A stretch of 64,000 bases of DNA. Source: an uncultured Gemmatimonadales bacterium. Lineage in GTDB: Bacteria; Gemmatimonadota; Gemmatimonadetes; Gemmatimonadales; GWC2-71-9. Position numbers and translations under genes: made by a program. Location of the stretch: NCBI GenBank assembly GCA_963779755.1, contig CAVZZO010000001.1, positions 512,001 through 576,000 on the forward strand, in the 5' to 3' direction. The notes beneath the pieces were generated by a model. That model was not told where the DNA came from and ran no database searches. It was given only the letters and a program-made list of their open reading frames with translations. Within the stretch, counting starts at the first letter, position 1, and each line of letters starts with the position of its first letter. Below are positions 56,002 to 64,000 of the stretch, one piece after another.

Positions 56002-57049
56002 ATGTTCCGATTGACAATCGCCCTTCCCGCCGCGCTCCTTTCAGCCTGTGCTGGCAGCCTGCGACCCGGGCGTTCCCACGGATTCCTCCAGAATCGTTCT
56101 CTCACATGCGGTGGCCATGACGCGCACCTGGGATTCCATCAGCTTCAACCCCGCGGCCGGCGAGTACCCCGAAGGAATCGCGTTCGATCCCCGGGGTCAC
56201 CTGTATGTAGGTCTTACGCGCCTGGCTGAGGTCCGCCGGGTGGACCCGGACGGAACCGTGCAGCCGTTCGCTGCCCTCCTTCCTCTCGACCAGGTCCCCA
56301 TTCCGCCCGATGGTGCACCCGGACTGTTGGGACTCGCGACGAACGCGCTGGGCGACATCTATGCGGCGCTGGTCACCTACGATCCGGCAACACACGGTGT
56401 CTACCGGATCAACGGCCGCGCCGGAGCGGCCGTGCGGTTGCCCGGATCAGAGGCGATCTGCTATCCCAACGCGCTGGTCTTCGATGAGCGTGGGAACCTG
56501 TACGTGACGGAATCGACCCGGATACCGTGCGGCGGCGACCCGACGGTGGGCGCGGTCTGGCGGATCCCGCCGGGCGGCAGCGCCGAACTGTGGGTGGAGA
56601 GCGCCGCGCTGGCCGGCACGGGGGACCTTCCGATACCGGTGCCTATCGGCGCCAACGGGATCGTGTTCCGCCCGGGGGAAGGCGGGCCCGGAACGCTGAT
56701 CGCCGCGAACACGGAGAAGGGCGCCCTGCTCTCGATTCCGGTTCAGCCCGACGGGAGTCCCGGCAATCTCGCCACCCTGGCCCAGGGCCCGATGATCTCT
56801 ACGGTGGACGGCATCGTGCTGGACATCCATGGCGCGATCTACGCCATGGTGATCGGACAGGACCGGATCGTGAAGGTGAGCCCGGACGGAAGCACCTTCG
56901 ACGTGGTGGCCAGCGGCCCGCCACTGGACTTTCCGGTGAACGCCGTCTTCGGGGTTCACGGCGCCGATCGTGGCCGGCTCTTCGTCGCAAACTTCGCCCT
57001 GCCCGCCTTCGGCGGGACCAAGCCGGGAATCGTCGTTATCGAGCCGTGA
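56002..57049 (+). CDS. Second SMP-30/gluconolactonase-like lipoprotein; signal peptide appears frameshifted
   Basis: Paralog of 54615-55742 (YPEGIAFD, YPNALVFD, GANGI). ATG 56002 encodes MFRLTIALPAALLSA one frame off from VLAAC at 56048. Confidence 0.78.
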
Positions 57050-57084
57050 ACGCCAGGCCGTCTTCACCCCTCCGGGAGGTCTTC

Positions 57085-57666
57085 ATGTCCCTGCAGCCAT
57101 ACGCCCCGGCGGCCGCCCTCACCCTCCTGCTCGCGGTCGTCGCCTCGGGTTGCGGCGAATCTTCCCAGGAGCCGACGGTCGTCGCCTCGGAGGTGGTGAC
57201 CACCCTTGCTGAAAATGCTTCGCTTGCCGGCGGGACCGGCGGAGGCATCACGGTTTCGGCGACCGGCGCCAGTGAGGACGGCCGCACGTTCCGGGGCACG
57301 CTCACGATCACCGGCGCGGACTTCGACCCGCAGATCGGGCCGGTGCTGCTTGTGGGCCTGCACGGCGCCCTGACCCCCGCGTCTCCGGATGCGGAAGCCA
57401 CCCCCACCGAGAGCGTGCCCCTCACCTTCGGCCCGATCGAGCTGAGTTATAAGGAGATGAAAACTGACGAGGACTGCATTCAACTGGAGATGCAGCCGCC
57501 CGCGGAGTTCGATCCGGAGACCAAGACCAGCATCCAGTTCGATGTGTCCAAGCTGACGATGGCAATGCTACCGGGTCCGGCCAGCCTCCTGGCTGACCTG
57601 ATCTGCGCCAACGATCGAGCAGTCGCCGTAGGCTGGAGCGTGGAGGGCTCCGGCCCGGTCGAGTAG
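57085..57666 (+). CDS. Hypothetical lipoprotein
   Basis: GGAGGT RBS; hydrophobic signal ending in ASGC. Confidence 0.7.
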   Translation: MSLQPYAPAAALTLLLAVVASGCGESSQEPTVVASEVVTTLAENASLAGGTGGGITVSATGASEDGRTFRGTLTITGADFDPQIGPVLLVGLHGALTPASPDAEATPTESVPLTFGPIELSYKEMKTDEDCIQLEMQPPAEFDPETKTSIQFDVSKLTMAMLPGPASLLADLICANDRAVAVGWSVEGSGPVE

Positions 57667-57686
57667 TTGGCCCGCGGCCTTACCTC

Positions 57687-59663
57687 TCACTCCTTTGCTT
57701 CCCACCGGTTATTCCCCCGGTCGACATCGGGCAGCTGCCGGTCGGGATCCAGCTCCACCGAGGTCAGGGGGCTGGTCGACGGGTAGCGCAGGGTGTACTC
57801 CCCGCCGCGCTCCCAGATCTCCACCGGCAGATCAACAGTGTCCGCCGTGCCTCCCTGCCGGGCAATGCGCAGGCGCACCGGCATGGGGAGCGAGTCGTTG
57901 TTGCTGAGCGTGATGAGCGCGCCCTGGGCGGGATCGTCGTGCACGTAGGCCACGCTTTTCACGGCCTGGTCGAGCTGCCACGTACGGACGAACCATCCTT
58001 TCCAGAACCAGCCGAGGTCTTCGCCCGCCGCATCGTTCATGGTGCGGAAAAAGTCCTCCGGGGTGGGGTGCCGGAAGGCCCAGCGCCGGATGTAGGTACG
58101 GAAGGCCTGATTAAAGCGTTCGGGACCCAGAATAACGTCGCGCAGCAGGACCAGGCCGAGTGCCGGCTTGTAGTATTCGACCGCATGGCGATACCGCTCG
58201 GTCACAGCGTCGGCTCGGGTGATGATGGGCGGGGCGGCGGAATCGGTGAGCAGCGGAATGATTTCCTGCGCCGGGTTACCGCCCCTGGGGGCATATTCGC
58301 CGTCGCGCTTGGGGGCGAACTCCCCGTGGTTGAACTCGTCCGACGCGCCGATATCGATGAAGGTGTTGAAGCCTTCATCCATGAACGCGTTCCGCCGTTC
58401 GTTGGAGCCGACCAGCATGGGGAACCAGTCGTGGCCGATCTCGTGGGCCGTGACGGCCCACAGTTGTTTGCCCCGCCCGCGGGCTCCGCAGAAGACGATG
58501 CCCGGATACTCCATTCCGCCCACCGGCCCCGCGACATTGACGGCCACGGGCCAGGGGTAGGGGTACCAGCGGCGGGAAAAGATCTCCATGGCGCCCTTGA
58601 GGTACTCGGTCGACCGGCCCCAGGCGGAATCGCCGGCGCTCTCCACCGGATAGACCGACATGGCCAGGGCGGATTTTCCCTCCGGCAGCCGGACCCGGGC
58701 GGCATCCCAGATGAAGGCCCGCGATGCGGCAAACGCCACGTCCCGCGAGCTCCGCATGGTGAAATGCCAGGTCTTCTGTCGGCTGGTTTGCGGCCTCTTC
58801 GCCTCGGCCTCGACTTCGGATGCGGTGCGGATCATCACGGTGGAATCGCCGGCGCGGGCGCGCGCCAGGCGCTGCCGCTGTTCTGCCGTCAGCACGGAAT
58901 CGGGGTTCACCAGCTCGCCGGATCCGACCACGAGGTAATCGGCCGGTGCGGTCACGCGGTAGTCGAAGTTTCCGTAGTCGAGGAAGAACTCCCCGCTGCC
59001 CAGATAGGGCAGGGTGTTCCAGCCGCGGACATCGTCATACACCGCCATGCGAGGGTACCACTGGGCCAGCTCGAACTCGGGGCCGTTCCTGGTCTGGGCC
59101 CAGCCCATCCGGCCGGTGCGGCCGTGAATGAGGAAGCTGTAGTCGAACAGGAGGGTGACGGTCCCGCCATGCGGTGCAAGCGGCGCCGGCAGGAGAATCT
59201 TCATCCGGGAATCGGATAGCAGGTACTCGGCCTGCGTCGTCTTGCCGCCCAGGAGGACGCGCACGGAGCGGAAGCTGTAGCCTCCGGTGAGCCCCGCCGC
59301 CTCTCTCGCCTGCGCCGGCACCACCCCGGCGGCGGCCAGGGTGCCGCGCGAGCTGTCGGTAAACGCGTTCTGCTCCACCTGGAGCCAGACGTAGCGCAGG
59401 GTGTCGGGGCTGTTGTTGGTATAGTGGAGCGATTCGGTTGCGCTCAGGCGCTTGGCTTCCGGGTCCAGGGTCGCCTGGATGCGGTAGTCGGCCTCGTTCT
59501 GCCAGTAGGATGGTCCCGGCGCGCCGCTGCCGCTGCGATAACCGGTACCGGGATCGCTCAGGAACAGCGGATCAAAGGCCGCGTGTGCGCTGTAACCCAT
59601 GGGTTGCTGGGCGGCGAGCAGGCCGGGAAGGGCAAGGAGTGCTGCGAGCGCGAGAGGTTTCAT
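57687..59663 (-). CDS. M1 family metallo-aminopeptidase
   Basis: [26 protein letters not shown]...DEG and [13 protein letters not shown]. Confidence 0.92.
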   Translation of the reverse strand: MKPLALAALLALPGLLAAQQPMGYSAHAAFDPLFLSDPGTGYRSGSGAPGPSYWQNEADYRIQATLDPEAKRLSATESLHYTNNSPDTLRYVWLQVEQNAFTDSSRGTLAAAGVVPAQAREAAGLTGGYSFRSVRVLLGGKTTQAEYLLSDSRMKILLPAPLAPHGGTVTLLFDYSFLIHGRTGRMGWAQTRNGPEFELAQWYPRMAVYDDVRGWNTLPYLGSGEFFLDYGNFDYRVTAPADYLVVGSGELVNPDSVLTAEQRQRLARARAGDSTVMIRTASEVEAEAKRPQTSRQKTWHFTMRSSRDVAFAASRAFIWDAARVRLPEGKSALAMSVYPVESAGDSAWGRSTEYLKGAMEIFSRRWYPYPWPVAVNVAGPVGGMEYPGIVFCGARGRGKQLWAVTAHEIGHDWFPMLVGSNERRNAFMDEGFNTFIDIGASDEFNHGEFAPKRDGEYAPRGGNPAQEIIPLLTDSAAPPIITRADAVTERYRHAVEYYKPALGLVLLRDVILGPERFNQAFRTYIRRWAFRHPTPEDFFRTMNDAAGEDLGWFWKGWFVRTWQLDQAVKSVAYVHDDPAQGALITLSNNDSLPMPVRLRIARQGGTADTVDLPVEIWERGGEYTLRYPSTSPLTSVELDPDRQLPDVDRGNNRWEAKE

Positions 59664-59985
59664 TGGGGGAGCGGGAAGGGGAACGGGGGACGTGGAATGC
59701 AACTGTCCGGATAATAGCTCCGTCCTCTTCACGATAGGGAACCGCTGACGGTGGCGGCCGGGCTGAGCTTCCCTCTGCGGCCTGACGGATCGCTCCCTGG
59801 CGAATGGATCCCCATCCACCTTGGGGCGCTCCGAACGCCCGCTCCGGGAAGCCTCAGCCCCGGCCGCTGTCCTTCCCTGCTTCCCGTTTCCCTCTTCCCG
59901 CCGTATTGGTCAGGGCGGATGGTCGTCGGGACTGGGCCGCAGTCCCGAGGCGTGATACCGGCCACCCGGCCCCTGACCGTTGTTC

Positions 59986-61173
59986 CTACGGGTGCGGCGG
60001 TGCCGGCGTCGCGACGTACGGCACGGTTCCGTTGGCCGTCAGGGCATCACCGGTAATCTCTCCCGCGTCGTTGATGTCCCGGGCCGAAACCAGGAAGTCG
60101 CCGAACCCGGTCTGCACCAGATCGTTGAGGTCCTGCATGACGCCGTTCTGCCAGATGAAGGCTCGGCAGACGGCGCCACAGGAGACGCCTACTACCTGCC
60201 GCTGCGCATTGATGCCCAGCGCCTCGCTGATCTCGTCGCCGGGAAGCGTGCCCAGATCCTGGATGCCGTCCGCGCGGGTCCAGAGAAATGCGTGGGCGAT
60301 GAAGCTGCCGTCCTGGTCGCCCGGCGGATCGGAGAAGCCGACCACGTCACCCGCCTCGTTGATCGCCGTCGGGGTATTCCAGGCCACGCCGCCCAGATTA
60401 CCGATGTCGACCGGCTCGCCCTGGCTCCACAGCACCGCGTGCCGCGCGCTGAATTCGCCGACCGCAACATCACAATCGCCCGAGATTCCCACTACCTGGC
60501 CCCGGTTGTTGATGGCGGTGGCGGCGGAGGTGGAATCGCCGGAAAGGGGGCGCAGTTCGTGCGCGCTGCCGGACGCATCCCACAACACGGCGCGGAACTG
60601 GAGCACCTGGGGCGCATGGCAGGTCGGGTCGTGCACCGGCGTCTCCGCCCAGCCCACCACCTCGTCGCGGTCGTTCACCCCGGCGGCGTAGCCGTTCTCG
60701 CCGCCCAGGGTCGGCAGGCCGGTCATCACGCCATCCTTCCAGACGAAGCCGAGGCAGATATGATTGGTCACCGAGGAGAAGAAGGCACTGCAGCTCCATT
60801 CTTCGCCCAGCGTGCCCGTTTCGGCGGTTTCGGAAATCCCGACGACGGTTCCCTGGTGATTCTGGCCGGGCCAGACGACGCTGCTGTTAGGGCCGCCCAG
60901 CGTCTTCAGGTCCTGGATCAGTCCTTCGCGCCACAGCGCCGCGTGCCGGGTCTGGTTATCCGGCAGCAGGGCGAAGCCCGCGAGCCAGTCGCGCTGGCTG
61001 ATACTGTTGGCCCGATTGCTCGTCCCGCCCAGCGTCGCCGGGATCACCTGGATGTCGTATTGTGAGACCATGGGAACCCGGGCAGTCTGGTCGTTCGGCC
61101 TGGTGACCGACGCCTCCCGGCCGCAGCCCAGCACGGCGGCGGCCAGAATCGCGCTGCAGGTGATGTGCCTCAT
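59986..61173 (-). CDS. HAF-repeat extracellular lipoprotein
   Basis: AGGAGG RBS, lipobox VLGC, repeated HA.LW...G...DLGTLGG..S.A..IN..GQVVG. Confidence 0.88.
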   Translation of the reverse strand: MRHITCSAILAAAVLGCGREASVTRPNDQTARVPMVSQYDIQVIPATLGGTSNRANSISQRDWLAGFALLPDNQTRHAALWREGLIQDLKTLGGPNSSVVWPGQNHQGTVVGISETAETGTLGEEWSCSAFFSSVTNHICLGFVWKDGVMTGLPTLGGENGYAAGVNDRDEVVGWAETPVHDPTCHAPQVLQFRAVLWDASGSAHELRPLSGDSTSAATAINNRGQVVGISGDCDVAVGEFSARHAVLWSQGEPVDIGNLGGVAWNTPTAINEAGDVVGFSDPPGDQDGSFIAHAFLWTRADGIQDLGTLPGDEISEALGINAQRQVVGVSCGAVCRAFIWQNGVMQDLNDLVQTGFGDFLVSARDINDAGEITGDALTANGTVPYVATPAPPHP

Positions 61174-61343
61174 GCTGTCCTCCTGTGGTGTGTGGCACGC
61201 ACCGCAAACGACCGTAGCGATCGGCCGGTCACCCGGCGCGCTGCTTCCGGACCTGGAATCGGCGGACGATTCGAGGTCCCAAACCGGCGAGCAGCGCCCC
61301 TGCGGACGCGATACACTCCCGCTTCCCCGGCGGCCGAGGCTGC

Positions 61344-61712
61344 GTGTCCGATCGCGAGTGTCTGTTGGAGCTGAACGAGGAATACGTGCGCGCTTCACTG
61401 GCGGGCGACGTCCGCTGGTACAGCCGGCGGCTGGCCGACGACTTCGTCTGCATCGAGTCCGACGGAACGGTGCTCGACAAGGCCGCCTTTCTGCGGCATA
61501 CGTCCGCGGGTTCCGATCTGGTGCTCTACCGGCTGGAGGAGGTGGACGTGCGATGTTATGGCAACGTGGGACTGGTGCGGGCGACCGGCCGCTGGGTGGC
61601 CAGGGACGGCACCCGCGGCCTCAGCCGCTATGTCGACGTCTATGTGCTGGCGAACGGGGAGTGGCGTTGCGTCTCCGCGCAGGTCACCCGGCCTCCCGAT
61701 GGGAGGCATTGA
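61344..61712 (+). CDS. NTF2-like (DUF4440) protein
   Basis: LADDFVCIESDG..LDK..FL, VRCYGNVGLV, and RYVDVY....GEWRCVSAQ. Confidence 0.85.
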   Translation: MSDRECLLELNEEYVRASLAGDVRWYSRRLADDFVCIESDGTVLDKAAFLRHTSAGSDLVLYRLEEVDVRCYGNVGLVRATGRWVARDGTRGLSRYVDVYVLANGEWRCVSAQVTRPPDGRH

Positions 61713-61713
61713 G

Positions 61714-62244
61714 ATGTTTCCCAGGGGATTGATCGCCCCGGCGGTGCTGGCGCTGGGGGCCGGTGCGGCGGTGGCCCGCGTCCCGGCAGTGCCGCCCCCG
61801 CCGTGCGCCGCCACGGAATACCACCAGTTCGATTTCTTCGTCGGGGACTGGGATACCTACGACATATCGGCGGCGGATAGCATCGTGGCCCGGAATCATG
61901 TGACGCCGATCCTGGGTGGATGCGCCCTGGAAGAGGTCTATGACCAGAACGACGGCCTGCATGGGGTGAGTATCAGCGCCTGGGATCCGAGCCGGCGGCG
62001 CTGGCATCAGACCTGGGTGACCACGCGGGGGCGGGAGGTGCTGCTCCTCAACGGCGGGCTGCGAGGCGGGAAGATGGTGCTGACCGCCAGTGAGCGGCAG
62101 CCCGACGGGTCGAGCTCCCTGTTGCGCGGCACCTGGTGGCGGGAGGGCGCCGCGGTGCGCGAACGGGCCGAGCGTTCCACGGACGGCAGAGAGTGGAGCG
62201 TGGTGTTCGATATCGTCTTTCGGCCGCACCACGAGCCGGACTAA
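61714..62244 (+). CDS. Secreted hypothetical protein (DUF1579-like)
   Basis: GGAGG RBS, signal peptide, C...EYHQFDFFVGDWD, ILGGCAL.E, W.QTWV and STDG.EW. Confidence 0.7.
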   Translation: MFPRGLIAPAVLALGAGAAVARVPAVPPPPCAATEYHQFDFFVGDWDTYDISAADSIVARNHVTPILGGCALEEVYDQNDGLHGVSISAWDPSRRRWHQTWVTTRGREVLLLNGGLRGGKMVLTASERQPDGSSSLLRGTWWREGAAVRERAERSTDGREWSVVFDIVFRPHHEPD

Positions 62245-63740
62245 CCCGTGGCTCGCTGGCGGGCCGGCGCCGTGCCCTGGGAGCAAAGCCACAGGTGGAG
62301 GGCCGCATAGGCCCGCCAGGGCCGCCAGGCTTCGGCCCGTTCCAGCAGCGTCGCCTCGTCGGAGGCACCGGCGGCATGAAGCAGGCTGCGACCCGCCGGG
62401 GGGAACGCGTCGGGCCACTGCAGCGTGCGGAGGAGAATCCGCGTCGCCACCGGTTCGGCCACGCCCAGACCGATCAGGGCCCCAAGCGCAGGCTCCACTT
62501 CCCGGCCCGGCTCCAGCCGCAGAGCGCCGACGGCCATGGCACGGGCGACCCGAACCACGCACTCTGCCGCGCGGGACGGCAGGCCCAGGGAGCGGAGTCC
62601 GGCTTCCCCGAACCCGGCGACCCGCGCGGGAGTGGGCAGGGAGTGGGTGAGGCCGGGAACGTCGTCCGGCGCCGGTTCCCCCAGGGTCCATATCAGCCGG
62701 CGAAGCAGGTGGCCGGCCCCGGCTTCCGATCGCATGCCGGCGCGCACCAGGCTGCGAAGGGCGACCTCGAACGGGTCGAAGCAACCGGGCAGGCGGACCC
62801 CCGGATGGCGCCGGACCAGCGCCGCCAGCCCCGCCCGGGCCAGATGGGTGTCGATCGCGCCGGGCTGCGCATCCAGGTCGAAGAGGCGGCGCAGCCGCGG
62901 AATGAGCGGCATGAGCACCGGCGCAAGCGCCGTGGAGATCTGGAGCCGGAGCTGGCGGGATGCCTCCCGGTTTTCCACCACGACAGTCCCGCGCGCGCCC
63001 TCCAGCGACACCGTGCGCGCGTATCTCAAACCCTCCACTGCCTCGACCCCCGGCAGCGCATCATATCCCAGCAGCGTGAGGAGCCCGGTCCAGTCGAAAG
63101 GGGCGCGATATCCCAGCGTGAGTGACAGCCGTTCGCAGTCGCCGGTACTCCCCGGTCGCGCGGCGCCGGTCCGGACGGTCCGCCGCAATGCGGTGGGCGA
63201 CATCCGATACTGGTCGCGGAACACCGCGTTGAACCGGCGCAGACTCTGGAATCCACTGCTGAAGGCGATCCGGGTGACGGACAGGGTGGTGTCGGTGAGC
63301 AGACGCTTGGCGAGCAGCAGGCGGTAACTCCGGGCCAGTACTCCAGGTGAGATGCCGTACTCCCGTTCCAGAACCCGCCGCAGGTGCCGGGCGCTAACCC
63401 CCAGCTCGGTTGCCAACTGCCCGATGGATCGGCCGTTCAGGGCGCCCGCCTCGATGCGTGATGCCGCGATATGGGCCAGACGGGAGATCGCGTCCACCGG
63501 CGCCCGCCCCGGCGCCAACTCCGGCCGGCAGCGCAGGCAGGGACGGAACCCCGCCTTTTCCGCGGCCACGGTGGATTCAAAAAAACGCCGCCGCTCGGGG
63601 TTGGCCAGGCGGGACGGACAAATGGGCCGGCAGTAGATCCTCGTACTGGTGATCCCGACGAAGAAGAGCCCGTCGAACCGCGGATCGCGGGCGGCGAGCG
63701 CGCGTTCGCAGAGGCGCGGCGTCAGATCTGGGCTCAGCAT
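62241..63740 (-). CDS. Ada metal-binding / AraC HTH / AlkA-like fusion protein
   Basis: RDPRFDGLFF.GI.ST.IYCRPICP, GFRPCLRCRP, AraC-type SGFQSLRRFN, AlkA-N LGYRAPFDW and AWRPWRAYA. GGAGG RBS before ATG 63740. Confidence 0.9.
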   Translation of the reverse strand: MLSPDLTPRLCERALAARDPRFDGLFFVGITSTRIYCRPICPSRLANPERRRFFESTVAAEKAGFRPCLRCRPELAPGRAPVDAISRLAHIAASRIEAGALNGRSIGQLATELGVSARHLRRVLEREYGISPGVLARSYRLLLAKRLLTDTTLSVTRIAFSSGFQSLRRFNAVFRDQYRMSPTALRRTVRTGAARPGSTGDCERLSLTLGYRAPFDWTGLLTLLGYDALPGVEAVEGLRYARTVSLEGARGTVVVENREASRQLRLQISTALAPVLMPLIPRLRRLFDLDAQPGAIDTHLARAGLAALVRRHPGVRLPGCFDPFEVALRSLVRAGMRSEAGAGHLLRRLIWTLGEPAPDDVPGLTHSLPTPARVAGFGEAGLRSLGLPSRAAECVVRVARAMAVGALRLEPGREVEPALGALIGLGVAEPVATRILLRTLQWPDAFPPAGRSLLHAAGASDEATLLERAEAWRPWRAYAALHLWLCSQGTAPARQRATG

Positions 63741-63810
63741 GTCAGGAATCTCGCCTCCTTCGGCCCGGCAGACTGGCCGAAAAGGGCCATTGAAACCGGG
63801 GCTACCCCGG

Positions 63811-64000
63811 CCGTCCTCGCCGAGTCTCCCTTCGCGGCCGACTCGGCGCGACGGTACCCCTTTCCCTTTTCCCCTTCCCCCGCTTCTTGCACGCCGCCGT
63901 CCTCGCCGAGTCTCCCTCCGCGGCCAACTCGGCGCGACGGTTCCCATTTCCCTTTTCCCCGCTTCTTGCGCGGCGCCGTCCTCGCCGAGTCTCCCTCCGC
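63811..64000. repeat. Tandem hairpin repeat (79-86 bp period, at least 2.3 copies, runs off the window)
   Basis: CCGTCCTCGCCGAGTCTCCC at 63811, 63897 and 63976. Each complete unit pairs CGCCGAGT with ACTCGGCG. Confidence 0.88.

Noticed and set aside
59754..59800. SRP (4.5S) RNA from the minus-strand GTCAGGCCGCAGAGGGAAGC
   Set aside because: Lacks the GNRA tetraloop and correct AGCAG spacing; kept only as a generic structured element.
61249..61279. Dyad GGACCTGGAATC-N7-GATTCGAGGTCC between divergent genes
   Set aside because: A single occurrence with no regulator that can be tied to it; insufficient support.

Overview
GC-rich bacterial chromosomal segment. The gene repertoire (three Ser/Thr kinases with TPR or PD40 sensors, a BTAD regulator, Tat-exported glycosidases, S9 and M1 peptidases) suggests Gemmatimonadota, which is an inference. 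I found no rRNA, tRNA, CRISPR array, integrase, transposase or reverse transcriptase. The main feature is a 12-kb tandem array (4370-16403, minus strand) of four subtilisin-like (S8) lipoprotein genes. Their GC-rich 5' and 3' portions are nearly identical, while the internal prodomain plus catalytic core is divergent and clearly lower in GC. Each copy has its own TTGACA-N16-TAGGCT promoter, and the three inter-gene spacers share a heptamer VNTR and a hairpin-rich element. Two copies are broken and one has an in-frame deletion, so the locus looks like a cassette-swapping polymorphic protease array. Other notable items: a four-cupredoxin-domain multicopper oxidase with complementary loss of copper ligands, a kinase with an in-frame microsatellite insertion, a 288-bp triplicated inverted-repeat unit that appears to supply a lipoprotein signal peptide, a decayed duplicate regulator module, an Ada-AlkA with a degenerate glycosylase site, and many REP-like and short-period repeats. 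All product calls come from motif recognition by eye; no database searches were run.
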